A stretch of 64,000 bases of DNA, from contig JAUMZP010000002.1 in the NCBI GenBank assembly GCA_030528025.1, positions 134,930 to 198,929 on the forward strand, read 5' to 3'. This DNA is from Candidatus Saccharimonadota bacterium. GTDB lineage: Bacteria > Patescibacteriota > Saccharimonadia > Saccharimonadales > Saccharimonadaceae. Shown here one piece after another: positions 1 through 8,903 of the stretch (the first letter of the stretch is position 1; each line of letters begins with the position of its first letter). A program made the position numbers and the translations under genes. The notes below the pieces were generated by a model. The model worked only from the letters and a program-made list of their open reading frames with translations, had not been told where the DNA came from and ran no database searches.

Positions 1-186
1 CTTTCTCTCGCCACCGTCTCTTTAAAAACGCTAAAAGGGTCTTAGTATTTTCCTAAAACACTAGGCTCTTTAATGATCATACTGCAATGATCACCACGGG
101 CAACTTTTTGTTCTACCAGGATGAAAGCACTGCGTTCTTTATATTCTGAGAGAGATGCAAATCTATTGCAGTGAGCAACTCGCTCG

Positions 187-870
187 CTAGACACGCAAAC
201 GAAATGGTGTGAAATTAGTGGTGGTGTCGTAGGTATCGACGGATTCGCGTCGCTTAAGCACGGCAATGACGCGGTAGGTAAGTGGTAGGCAGACGACCTC
301 AACGGCAAGCTTGAAGCCGAGTCCAACGGCGATATAGTTGAGTAGTGACGCTCCTGTAAGCTGTCCACCAAAAGCAACGACGCAGAATATAACGGTATCA
401 AACAAGCTCCCCACTACTGTCGACCCAAGCAGGCGCAGCCATAGCTGCCGACCCTTCATAGCAACCTTGAGCTTAGCAACGATGTACGAGTTGAGGAAGC
501 TCCCCGTTAGGAAGGCAAGCAAGCTCGCCACAACGATCTGCGGGAAGAAGCCGAGCACTGCCTCGTAAGCGGCTTGGTCGTGGTACTCTGCCGCCGCGGG
601 CAGATAGCGTACTAGTGTAAAGCAGCCAATCGCTAGCAACATGACCCCAAAGGCCGTCCAAATAGCGCGGCGTGCCCGGCGATAGCCATAGACCTCTGTC
701 ATGACATCATCGAAGATATACACGAGCGGGAAGAGTACTGCTCCACCATCAAGGATAAGTGGGCCGAGTGCCACCAGCTTGGTGGCGGCAATGTTGGAGA
801 TGAGTAGCGCCGCAACATATACTGCGAGAATGACGCTAAAGTATCGATAATTTTCGTTCGTGTGTTTCAT
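187..870 (-). CDS. Queuosine-precursor transporter, YhhQ/DUF165 (VUT) family membrane protein. The ORF track extends it to 891, but the Met at 870 is preferred.
   Basis: About 6 hydrophobic TM segments. The motif 'GPLILDGGAVLFPLVYIFDDVMTEVYGY' matches the conserved YhhQ-family core. It sits just upstream (antisense) of tRNA-Arg. Confidence 0.6.
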   Translation of the reverse strand: MKHTNENYRYFSVILAVYVAALLISNIAATKLVALGPLILDGGAVLFPLVYIFDDVMTEVYGYRRARRAIWTAFGVMLLAIGCFTLVRYLPAAAEYHDQAAYEAVLGFFPQIVVASLLAFLTGSFLNSYIVAKLKVAMKGRQLWLRLLGSTVVGSLFDTVIFCVVAFGGQLTGASLLNYIAVGLGFKLAVEVVCLPLTYRVIAVLKRRESVDTYDTTTNFTPFRLRV

Positions 871-904
871 GCTTCGTTTATCATACCACACCTGCCAAGA
901 AACC

Positions 905-913
905 TGCTATAAT
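905..913 (+). promoter_or_regulatory. Extended -10 box TGCTATAAT, 8 nt upstream of the tRNA-Arg 5' end
   Basis: Exact TGnTATAAT match. The same architecture recurs upstream of tRNA-Glu. Confidence 0.55.
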
Positions 914-921
914 AAACCCAT

Positions 922-998
922 GCCCCGATAGCTCAGCTGGATAGAGCAGAGGACTTCTAAGCCTAAGGCCGTAGGTTCGAATCCTACTCGGGGCGCCA
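922..998 (+). tRNA. tRNA-Arg, anticodon TCT
   Basis: 7-bp acceptor stem GCCCCGA/TCGGGGC. D-arm AGCTCAGCTGGATAGAGC. Anticodon loop CTTCTAA. T-arm GGTTCGAATCC. Encoded CCA. Confidence 0.85.
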
Positions 999-1012
999 TT
1001 TTATTGTCATAT

Positions 1013-1037
1013 CCCCATCTCGATGGGGTTGTTTTTA
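1013..1037 (+). terminator. Rho-independent terminator after tRNA-Arg
   Basis: Stem CCCCATC/GATGGGG followed by TTGTTTTTATT. Confidence 0.6.
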
Positions 1038-1074
1038 TTACATATAAAATGCATTTACATGCTGCGCGAGGCTA

Positions 1075-1083
1075 TGCTATAGT
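1075..1083 (+). promoter_or_regulatory. Extended -10 box TGCTATAGT, 12 nt upstream of the MFS start codon
   Basis: TGn + TATAGT. No SD sequence between the box and the ATG at 1096. Confidence 0.45.
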
Positions 1084-1095
1084 ACGGCGAGATTT

Positions 1096-2289
1096 ATGCA
1101 AGATGTGACCAACCACGACCTCCTCAAGCGCAACATCATCAAATATTCGTGGTTTCGGATTTTTACCAAGCGTGTCTACTTGCCGCTTATCACGGTGCAG
1201 CTGGTGAATGTTGGTAAAGTGAGTTTGGATGAGCTCGCACTAATGGTCGTTATCTCGTCCATCGTCCAGGCGGCGCTGCAGATGCCAGCGGGTTATGTGG
1301 CCGATAAGTTTGGCAATCGGCGAGCGATTATCCTTGGTGCGAGCATTGCTGTGGCGTCGCCACTGTTGTATGCTTTATGGCCGAGCTTCTGGGGCGGGCT
1401 GATTGCCTCAGTTTTGTTCTTTGGTGGCTATGCATTTCAGTCTGGTGCAGTCGAGGCCTTTATGCACGATTCTTTGACGGCGCTGGGGCGAGCGCGCGAC
1501 TATGCCAAGGTGATGGGCCGCGCCCAGACGTATGGATTGATTGGCAATACCGTGCTCATTATTGTAGTGCCACTCACATACCGTATCCATCATACGCTCC
1601 CATTTTTGATTGGCTTTTTGTCGCTTGCTGCGACGGTGTGGTTGGCGCTGAGCTTTGCTTATCCACCGCGCCGAGGAGTTGCCCAGGCTCAGCAGCCACG
1701 GCAGGCTGCTCGCGCAATCATTACTGCGAAAAATCTTGCTCTCTTTACCTTCGTTGGTTTCTTGGCTGGTGTGTCTAATAAAGGGCTAGAATATCGCGAG
1801 CTACTCTTCCAGCACGTTGGTATTGCTGTAGAGTGGTTTGGGGTAATTGCGGCGGTCGGGAGCTTGGGTGGAGCGTTACTGGGCTGGTATGTGTATTGGT
1901 TTGACCGCCTGCGGCCACTGGCATTCTATTGGGTCGATGCGTGGATTATGGCGCTGTGTATTGTCTTGATGGGTGTGACGCCAAGCCCAATTATCGCGGT
2001 CATTGCTGTTGTGTTATTTACTGCATATACGCGAGTGCGGCCGATTGTTTTGCAGTCAAAGATTCTCAGTGAGCTGCAGCATACATACAAAGCAACGCTC
2101 CTCTCCGCGCTCAATATGTTTACGTTGCTTGGTGACGTCGTGGCGATTAGCTTGCTCACTCGGATGGTTAATCAGTATGGCTATAGTGCGGGGCATGTGT
2201 GGTTTGGTGGGGCAGTTGGGGTGATTGCGCTTGGTCTGTGGCTAGTGATGTGCGTTGAGGCGCTGTGGCGTCGCAAGAAAGCGCGCTAA
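1096..2289 (+). CDS. MFS-type transporter
   Basis: 397 aa with about 12 TM helices. The MFS signature-like loop 'GYVADKFGNRRAI' follows TM2. Confidence 0.75.
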   Translation: MQDVTNHDLLKRNIIKYSWFRIFTKRVYLPLITVQLVNVGKVSLDELALMVVISSIVQAALQMPAGYVADKFGNRRAIILGASIAVASPLLYALWPSFWGGLIASVLFFGGYAFQSGAVEAFMHDSLTALGRARDYAKVMGRAQTYGLIGNTVLIIVVPLTYRIHHTLPFLIGFLSLAATVWLALSFAYPPRRGVAQAQQPRQAARAIITAKNLALFTFVGFLAGVSNKGLEYRELLFQHVGIAVEWFGVIAAVGSLGGALLGWYVYWFDRLRPLAFYWVDAWIMALCIVLMGVTPSPIIAVIAVVLFTAYTRVRPIVLQSKILSELQHTYKATLLSALNMFTLLGDVVAISLLTRMVNQYGYSAGHVWFGGAVGVIALGLWLVMCVEALWRRKKAR

Positions 2290-2520
2290 ATTAGTTAACT
2301 TCAGTATTTACCTACCTTATCCATTTGTCATTTTTTAATCATCTGCTCTACCCAATGAAATATAGTGATGACCCCTATTACAGGTAGGAAGACTCACTAT
2401 AGAAGCGGTAATAAACCTGAGGAGAAGCAAGCAACCTGGTGAGAGGAGAGAGGTATAAGGTAGTAAAGTTTTGAGATTGAGAATGAATGGCTGTAGGTAA
2501 TAGACAAACTGCGCTATCTC

Positions 2521-2529
2521 TGCTACAAT
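2521..2529 (+). promoter_or_regulatory. Extended -10 box TGCTACAAT upstream of tRNA-His
   Basis: TGnTAcAAT, 44 nt upstream of the tRNA 5' end. Confidence 0.4.
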
Positions 2530-2572
2530 ACAGCATGTCAGCAGCACAGTAAGGTTTGCCGTGCGATCGTCT

Positions 2573-2651
2573 GGTGGATATAGCTCAGTTTGGTTAGAGC
2601 GCTGGTTTGTGGCACCGGAGGCCGTGAGTTCAAGTCTCATTATCCACCCCA
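2573..2651 (+). tRNA. tRNA-His, anticodon GTG, with genomically encoded G-1 and CCA
   Basis: Anticodon stem CTGGT/ACCGG with loop TTGTGGC. An extra 5' G pairs with discriminator C73, which is the His identity element. T-arm GAGTTCAAGTCTC. Confidence 0.9.
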
Positions 2652-2658
2652 AAATAAA

Positions 2659-2687
2659 TTCCCGGATGATTCCGGGGTTTTATTTTG
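2659..2687 (+). terminator. Rho-independent terminator after tRNA-His
   Basis: Stem CCCGGA/TCCGGG followed by GTTTTATTTT. Confidence 0.65.
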
Positions 2688-2942
2688 GTTATTGCCAGGA
2701 GTTTAAGGCACACGCCTGACGTGTCTGTTTTGTGTACTTTTGCTTTTTGTACTCTTTTTCTCATGCTATGCGAGATAAGAATCGATCTTCGCAGCTCAAC
2801 AGGCAAAACACTGGCGGACGGGAGCTGATACTGATAAGGTAGACTTTCTAAGACTTAGGCTCTATTTATGTAAAGTCTGCGCAAGAGACCTCTCATTATG
2901 AGAGGCTCTCTATTGGCGCGGATAAGACAAGCTAAGAAGCGG

Positions 2943-4469
2943 CTAATATTCCCATATTGTTTCGATATCCGCCCCGAGAGTGTTGAGTCGGTTAGCAAAG
3001 TCTTCGTAGCCTCGGTTGATATTGTACACGTCACGCAGGATGGAGCGCCCAGGAGCTGCGAGCATAGCTAGCATCACGACGACGCTGGGGCGCAAGGCTG
3101 GCGGTGCTACGACATCGGCAGGCTTCCAGCGGGTAGGGCCACTGATGTAAACGCGGTGTGGATCGACCATCTCTACTTGTGCGCCAAGGCGAGTGAGGTC
3201 GGTGAAGTAAATGGCGCGGTTATCGTAGCTCCAGTCGTGCACCAGAGTGCGCCCCGTTGCTACCGTGGCGATGAGACCAAGGAAGGGGAGATTATCCATA
3301 TTGATGCCTGGGAAGGGCATACTGTGGAGCTTGTCTTGTGGAGCGGTGAGAGTCGATTTGTGCAGGCTAATATCGACCAGGCGAGTCTGGCCATTGCGCG
3401 CTGGGTACTCGCTGGAGAGCTCATATTGTAAGCCCATACCGCGCAGCACTGCTAGCTCGAGCTCGAGGAATTCGATTGGTGCTCGGCGGATGGTAATAGC
3501 GGAGTCTGTCACTACACCTGCTGCGATGAAGCTCATTGCCTCGATAGGGTCTTCGCTTGGACAATATTCGACTGTTTGGTTGATCTCGCTGACACCATGG
3601 ATAGTGAGGGTCGTTGTGCCGATGCCATCGATCTGCACCCCAAGCTTTTGCAAGAAGAAACAGAGGTCTTGCACCATGTAGTTGGGGCTGGCGTTGCGAA
3701 TCGTCACGATGCCTGGGTGGAGTGCTGCCGCCATGATAACATTCTCAGTGACGGTGTCGCCGCGCTCGGTAAGGACGATGGCGTGCTCAACCATATGTGG
3801 GTTGGCTGTTGCTTGGTAGTAATCTGTCGTTGCCTCGACAGTCAGGCCAAAGGGTGCGAGGCCCGCCATATGTGGTCCAACCGTCCGTGTGCCAAGGTTG
3901 CACCCACCCGCGAAGGGGATTTGGAATGACTCATATTGATGGAGTAATGGCCCAAGAAACATAATAATGCTGCGGGTGCGCTTAGCTGCGGCGATATCCA
4001 TCTCGTCTAGATGGAGGGTGCGTGGTGGGGTGATCTCGAGGTCATTGTGTTCAAGCCAGCGGCAGCGCACGCCAATGCTTTCGAGCACCTCAATGATGCG
4101 ATTAACTTCCTCGATCCGTGCCACTCGGTGTAGTGTCGTTTTGCCTTTATTAAGGAGGCTTGCGCAGAGCAGAGCGACAGCGGCATTTTTGCTCGTCTTT
4201 ACCTCAATCTCGCCGTGGAGCGAGCCACCACCATTGATGACGAAGTTTGTTTTACCAGCTTTGTTGATGCGGACAATCTCACTGCTCAGCACCTCGCCAA
4301 TGCGAGCAATCATTTCTAGGCTGATGTTTTGGCCACCCTTTTCGATGCGGTTGATGGCCGACTGGCTCGTGCCAAGTGCTGCAGCGAGCTCGGCTTGCGT
4401 CATACCGCGCGCTTGGCGGGTTTCTTGGATGAGTGTTCCGATATTACGGAGATATTTTGCTGTTCCCAT
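2943..4469 (-). CDS. murA: UDP-N-acetylglucosamine 1-carboxyvinyltransferase (MurA) with an N-terminal XRE-family helix-turn-helix domain. An alternative upstream start lies at 4514.
   Basis: Residues 1-65 are 'TQAELAAALGTSQSAINRIEKGGQNISLEMIARI', a classic HTH_3 domain. The rest is a full MurA: 'INGGGSLHGEIEVKTSKNAAVALLCASLL' and the catalytic Cys loop 'FAGGCNLGTRTVGPHM'. A TTGACA...TATATT promoter-like pair lies just upstream of the ATG at 4469. Confidence 0.85.
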   Translation of the reverse strand: MGTAKYLRNIGTLIQETRQARGMTQAELAAALGTSQSAINRIEKGGQNISLEMIARIGEVLSSEIVRINKAGKTNFVINGGGSLHGEIEVKTSKNAAVALLCASLLNKGKTTLHRVARIEEVNRIIEVLESIGVRCRWLEHNDLEITPPRTLHLDEMDIAAAKRTRSIIMFLGPLLHQYESFQIPFAGGCNLGTRTVGPHMAGLAPFGLTVEATTDYYQATANPHMVEHAIVLTERGDTVTENVIMAAALHPGIVTIRNASPNYMVQDLCFFLQKLGVQIDGIGTTTLTIHGVSEINQTVEYCPSEDPIEAMSFIAAGVVTDSAITIRRAPIEFLELELAVLRGMGLQYELSSEYPARNGQTRLVDISLHKSTLTAPQDKLHSMPFPGINMDNLPFLGLIATVATGRTLVHDWSYDNRAIYFTDLTRLGAQVEMVDPHRVYISGPTRWKPADVVAPPALRPSVVVMLAMLAAPGRSILRDVYNINRGYEDFANRLNTLGADIETIWEY

Positions 4470-4767
4470 GCTTGTACAATATATCATCGGTGATATATTG
4501 TCAAACACAGGCATCTCGTGTTGTAAAAAGAAATACAGAAGTTAGGCTGCGAAGTCTCACTAATAACTCTATCAGCCCTTTTCTGTTATTTCATTTAGCT
4601 GTGCGCAAGGCCTATATTTACTACACGAGCAAGTGCCTAGTCTTCACACCAGAGAGTAATGTCAAAAGAGATGCGATAGTACGTCAATACTACTAGAGAA
4701 AAAGAGAGCTATCGCAAGCTCAAGACGCACGTAGTCAAGTACTGCAACTCCCCACATTGGGTAGCTG

Positions 4768-4776
4768 TGCTATACT
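4768..4776 (+). promoter_or_regulatory. Extended -10 box TGCTATACT for glyA, with a roughly 65-nt leader carrying the SD sequence AAGGAG
   Basis: TGnTATAcT. AAGGAG lies at 4832-4837, 9 nt before the ATG. Confidence 0.45.
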
Positions 4777-4846
4777 ACACATATGATCTGATGAAAAGTG
4801 CATAGCGAATCCTAAGATATAACCAACAAACAAGGAGTTATTACCC

Positions 4847-6121
4847 ATGCACGAAACAACTATTGCTACCCTTATCACCCGTGAGCAGCAACGCCAACGC
4901 GAAGGCTTGGAGCTCATCCCTAGCGAGAATTATGTCTCTGGTGATGTACTACGGGCGCTTGGGAGCGTCTTTACTAATAAATATAGCGAGGGTTACCCAG
5001 GCCGGCGTTACTATGGCGGGCAACAGTATACCAACCAAGTAGAGCAGCTGGCAATCGACCGTGCCAAGCAGCTCTTCCGGGCTGACCATGCTAATGTCCA
5101 GCCGCACAGTGGTGCTCAGGCGAATGAAGCAGTGTATTTTGCATGGTGCGAGCCAGGCGACACCATCCTTGCGATGGATCTAGGTCATGGTGGTCACCTG
5201 ACACATGGTGCACCTGTGACACATAGTGCTCGTGAGTATAATTTTGTTCGCTACAAAATGAAGGACGTGAGAACGGGCGAGATTGACTACGATGAGCTAC
5301 ATCGGATGGCGCAAGAACATCGACCAAAGATCATCCTGGCGGGCTTTAGTGCCTATCCGCGCCAGCTAGATTTTGCACGCTTTGCGGCGATCGGCCACGA
5401 GGTTGGTGCGTTGCTCATGGCCGATATGGCGCATGTCGCGGGGTTGATTGCTGGTGGGGTAGCGGAGAATCCACTCGACTATGGTTTTCATGTTATGACG
5501 ACGACGACGCACAAGACGCTGCGCGGGCCGCGTGGTGGGCTCATCGTTAGCAAGGGAGTGGTGAGCAACCCACTCAAGCGCCCAGCCAAGACACTCGAGA
5601 ATATTCCGACACTTATCGATCGAGCGGTCTTTCCTGGTATTCAGGGCGGGCCACATATGCATACGATTGCCGCCAAGGCAGTGGCTTTTGGTGAGGCGCT
5701 CCAACCAGCCTTTCGTGCCTATGCTCAACAGGTGGTGGCTAATGCCGCTGTCTTAGCACGGGAACTGCAGCAGCGCGGCTTTGTGCTCGTGACAGGTGGC
5801 ACAAGCAACCATCTTATCTTGGCCGATGTCCACACGAGCTTTGGGATTGATGGCAAGACGGTGGAGATTGCGATGGATAAGATTGGCTTGACGCTTAACG
5901 CTAATGCCATCCCAGATGACCCACTGCCGCCATTCCGCCCTAGCGGCGTTCGCCTCGGTACGCCAGCGGCAACAACGCGTGGCTTAGAGCCGCAGCATAT
6001 GCCGCAGATTGCTGAGTGGATGCAGCAAGCCATCGACTACCGTGATGATGAGGCAGAGCTAGCTAAGCTCCGCACCGATGTTGCACACTTCTTGGCGGAT
6101 TTCCCAGTGCCGACGGAATAG
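4847..6121 (+). CDS. glyA: Serine hydroxymethyltransferase
   Basis: 'LELIPSENYVS', 'THKTLRGPRGG' (the PLP-lysine motif), 424 aa. Confidence 0.95.
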   Translation: MHETTIATLITREQQRQREGLELIPSENYVSGDVLRALGSVFTNKYSEGYPGRRYYGGQQYTNQVEQLAIDRAKQLFRADHANVQPHSGAQANEAVYFAWCEPGDTILAMDLGHGGHLTHGAPVTHSAREYNFVRYKMKDVRTGEIDYDELHRMAQEHRPKIILAGFSAYPRQLDFARFAAIGHEVGALLMADMAHVAGLIAGGVAENPLDYGFHVMTTTTHKTLRGPRGGLIVSKGVVSNPLKRPAKTLENIPTLIDRAVFPGIQGGPHMHTIAAKAVAFGEALQPAFRAYAQQVVANAAVLARELQQRGFVLVTGGTSNHLILADVHTSFGIDGKTVEIAMDKIGLTLNANAIPDDPLPPFRPSGVRLGTPAATTRGLEPQHMPQIAEWMQQAIDYRDDEAELAKLRTDVAHFLADFPVPTE

Positions 6122-6198
6122 ACAGAAGGTTAGGGAGTTTGTTGCTGTCATTGATAATCGTGTCTCGCTAGGCGCAGTAGTAATACATCGCATATCTA

Positions 6199-6230
6199 AA
6201 ACACCCGCCAGAGAGCGGGTGTTTTTTGTT
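6199..6230. terminator. Bidirectional intrinsic terminator between convergent glyA and the pilin gene
   Basis: Stem ACACCCGC/GCGGGTGT flanked by A-run and T-run on both sides. Confidence 0.6.
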
Positions 6231-6246
6231 AATTGAGAGGATAAGC

Positions 6247-6660
6247 TTAGCAGGTGCCTCGGACGATATCTTCGGTTTTATCACCCTTCTTGTAGGTGAT
6301 TTTTGCACCCTTACCACTACCACACTGGGTATACAAGACAGGAGTGTCGTTGTTTGGTGCGCCAGTTGTGATGATCTTCTTCTTGAGGTCTGGATCAATC
6401 TTTGCCTCAGTCACTTTATCGTCAACAAGATTATCATTGACTTGTGCGGCTGTTGGGTATTCACCCTTCTGGCTGTTCCATGCCTCTACCTTGGTCGAGA
6501 GCTGCGATGCAGCGCCAGCAGCTGCAGAGTCGCGAGCACGTTGCTGGATACCGTTGTAAGCGACGATGGTAATAGCCGCTAGGATGGCAATGATCACAAT
6601 CACGATGAGAAGCTCGACAATTGTGAAACCGCGCAGGTTACGTTGAGTTTTTGTTGTCAT
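6247..6660 (-). CDS. Type IV pilin (prepilin with class III signal peptide), candidate major pilin
   Basis: 'MTTKTQRNLRG|FTIVELLIVIVIIAILAAI' is the prepilin peptidase cleavage/methylation motif. It is 137 aa with a C-terminal Cys...Cys pair (disulfide D-region). Confidence 0.85.
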   Translation of the reverse strand: MTTKTQRNLRGFTIVELLIVIVIIAILAAITIVAYNGIQQRARDSAAAGAASQLSTKVEAWNSQKGEYPTAAQVNDNLVDDKVTEAKIDPDLKKKIITTGAPNNDTPVLYTQCGSGKGAKITYKKGDKTEDIVRGTC

Positions 6661-6861
6661 ACAGAGTTACCCCTCCTTGTTACTGATTATATTACGATCA
6701 TACTACGAACATTCATTAAACACAAGCTTTTTGAGTACAGATATATGAGAATATTTTTCAGAGATAGTGTGCGCACCAGCATAGGCTGAATCGTGGCTAA
6801 TGGCGCGCTAGTATAGCTAGAATACCTGAGCTACACGCTGCCTATTGTTTTCTCGATTGAG

Positions 6862-7677
6862 CTAATTATTAATTCGCCGAGCCTGCATCGACCCCCGAGC
6901 ATGAATGGTCTGGCCAGTGCTCAGAGCAGCGATATCTACTGTGGCAGAGATGACGGTGGTGCTATCATTTGGCGTAGTGCTGGCTGCTTGATGAAAACCC
7001 GTTGCATAGCCAAAGCGAATGCTCGATACGTTGCTTGCGACGCGAGTGTCGAGCGCCTTACAGTAGCCACCAATGTAATTGCAGGTACTCTGCTGCCAGG
7101 GTTGGCCGCACATTGTGTTGTTGCTGGGGTTGGTATCATTGAATTCGTATTGGCTTGGCACGATAGTCCGCCGCCAGAGGGTAGTGCCTTGCACAAAGTA
7201 TACGACTTTGACGGTAAGTGGGTTATTTGTACGATAGAGTTTGGCGGCCAGCTCAGCCTGTGTGCGACAGGAATTAGCTTGGCTATTGAGGTAGATAAGC
7301 TCGCGCTGAGGGTCGGAGGGGTTGCGATCGGTGGCATATTGAGTAAGGATCAAGACATTATCGCTCGCGTAGTGCTGTGCCCAGTTGGCTGCGATGGCCT
7401 TGCTCTCGACTTTTGTCGCTAGGCGGACGTCTTGCTCGATTTGGTCAAGTGTATCTTCCATAGTATACGTCAGTGCACCGCGCTGATTGGAGATAACAAT
7501 CGAGCTTAGCAGCCCCACCAAAGCAGCGACTAATACGCCAACCACCACTACAATAATAGGGATCACTACTAGCATCTCCACTACAGTGAAGCCGCGCTCT
7601 TGTCGCCGCGCAGCGTAGATACAGCGGATGAGCTGCTGTATTCGCTCTCGTATATTAGTGGCTGCTGAGAATCGCAT
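6862..7677 (-). CDS. Prepilin-type N-terminal domain protein (minor pilin or pseudopilin, 271 aa)
   Basis: '...RRQERG|FTVVEMLVVIPII' motif after a 29-aa leader. It overlaps the upstream pilin gene by 23 nt. Confidence 0.7.
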   Translation of the reverse strand: MRFSAATNIRERIQQLIRCIYAARRQERGFTVVEMLVVIPIIVVVVGVLVAALVGLLSSIVISNQRGALTYTMEDTLDQIEQDVRLATKVESKAIAANWAQHYASDNVLILTQYATDRNPSDPQRELIYLNSQANSCRTQAELAAKLYRTNNPLTVKVVYFVQGTTLWRRTIVPSQYEFNDTNPSNNTMCGQPWQQSTCNYIGGYCKALDTRVASNVSSIRFGYATGFHQAASTTPNDSTTVISATVDIAALSTGQTIHARGSMQARRINN

Positions 7678-8062
7678 GGCGAACCTCCGATTGGCTAGAG
7701 CCTTGCCCGTAGCGCACCGTTACCGATACACGGCTTATCTGTGGTGCGGTAGTGCTATATGGGCAATCGACGACGATGGTGGCACTAATGGGCTGAGGTA
7801 AGCCATCGGTATCGAGCGAGTGATCAGTCGTGAGATTGCGATTGGCTGCGCGGTTTGTGCACGGCGTTGGTGTACCATCGCCAACTTCGCGGCGGAGCAG
7901 CTCGTACCCCACAATGCTCGCCTTGGCGTCGCGATTGGCCTCTGTGGCGCCCTGGATCGTCACAATATAGAGCTGGTATAGCGTCCCAACAAAGAGTACG
8001 CCCAGCACCATCGTCACCAACATCTCTACCAGAGTAAAGCCAGCGTCTGGACTATGCTTCAT
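7655..8062 (-). CDS. Minor pilin (prepilin-type)
   Basis: 'MKHSPDAG|FTLVEMLVTMVLGVL'. Confidence 0.75.
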   Translation of the reverse strand: MKHSPDAGFTLVEMLVTMVLGVLFVGTLYQLYIVTIQGATEANRDAKASIVGYELLRREVGDGTPTPCTNRAANRNLTTDHSLDTDGLPQPISATIVVDCPYSTTAPQISRVSVTVRYGQGSSQSEVRHAILSSH

Positions 8063-8577
8063 TGGTGGTTACTCGTGATGGTTATCGTTACTGTTGGTGC
8101 GTGTTCTAGCCGGTAGTAGAGGAAGAAACGGCTGCACTCTTGGCTGGTGGTGACACAGAGCGAACCATCGCGGGCGCGTGGCTCGTAGACGAAGCGGTCA
8201 ATCGATGCACTATCTTTGCTAATACCATTGCTTGGCGACTGGACGAAGAGCGCTTGCTGGCCACTGCGCGATGGGTATTGATAGCTATCCTCGGGTAGTC
8301 CAGGGAGGATATGACGAATTGCCGTACCATCAAGCGAAGTCAAAAACTGTTCGGCCGACGGATAGCGGTGTCCTTGCTCGCCCGACGTGCCAGTCGCATC
8401 GCCGTTGTAGAAAGACTCAAGACTGCGTGCTACTGTCTCAACAGTGGTTGTGCGAGCAGTATCGCGCGAGGAACGCTGCGTATTATTGAGTGTCACCACA
8501 CCCAGCACTAGCAGCACTAGCATAATTGCTAGCACAATAATAATTTCCACGATTGTATACCCGCGTTGTACCCTCAT
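8059..8577 (-). CDS. Minor pilin (prepilin-type)
   Basis: 'MRVQRG|YTIVEIIIVLAIMLVL'. There is a 4-nt overlap with the next gene. Confidence 0.75.
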   Translation of the reverse strand: MRVQRGYTIVEIIIVLAIMLVLLVLGVVTLNNTQRSSRDTARTTTVETVARSLESFYNGDATGTSGEQGHRYPSAEQFLTSLDGTAIRHILPGLPEDSYQYPSRSGQQALFVQSPSNGISKDSASIDRFVYEPRARDGSLCVTTSQECSRFFLYYRLEHAPTVTITITSNHQ

Positions 8578-8903
8578 GCAATTAGCATAAGGGTTTTGAG
8601 GTAAAAGTGCAAGAGGTGAGAAGTTGAATCGAGGTGATTATGGCTTGCTTTGCCTCAACTACGGCCCATAGGTCACCAAATAGGGGGCAATAAGAAAAGA
8701 ATTCTCCAGTAGGACGAAATAAACTTCGTGCTCGTCCGATAGAAAAGAATAAAGCCGGCTGAGAACAAGCAAAATCAGTGAGATACAGATACTCAAAAAT
8801 ATATAGTCAATTTTACTTTCTTGACTATATGTATCGCAAAAATTATTGATGAAAAGGGTAAAAAGACAAAAATATCTACAGGTACTGTATGTTATTTGAC
8901 TCG

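Noticed and set aside
42-401. 119-aa minus-strand ORF at the window start, overlapping the 3' end of the YhhQ-family gene
   Set aside because: It overlaps a better-supported membrane protein gene and has no motif. Region 1-186 looks intergenic.
2335-2652. 105-aa minus-strand ORF overlapping tRNA-His and its promoter region
   Set aside because: It overlaps a high-confidence tRNA and a terminator, and has no coding signal.
3156-4545. Several plus-strand ORFs (91-192 aa) antisense to murA
   Set aside because: murA is unambiguous on the minus strand. These are shadow frames.
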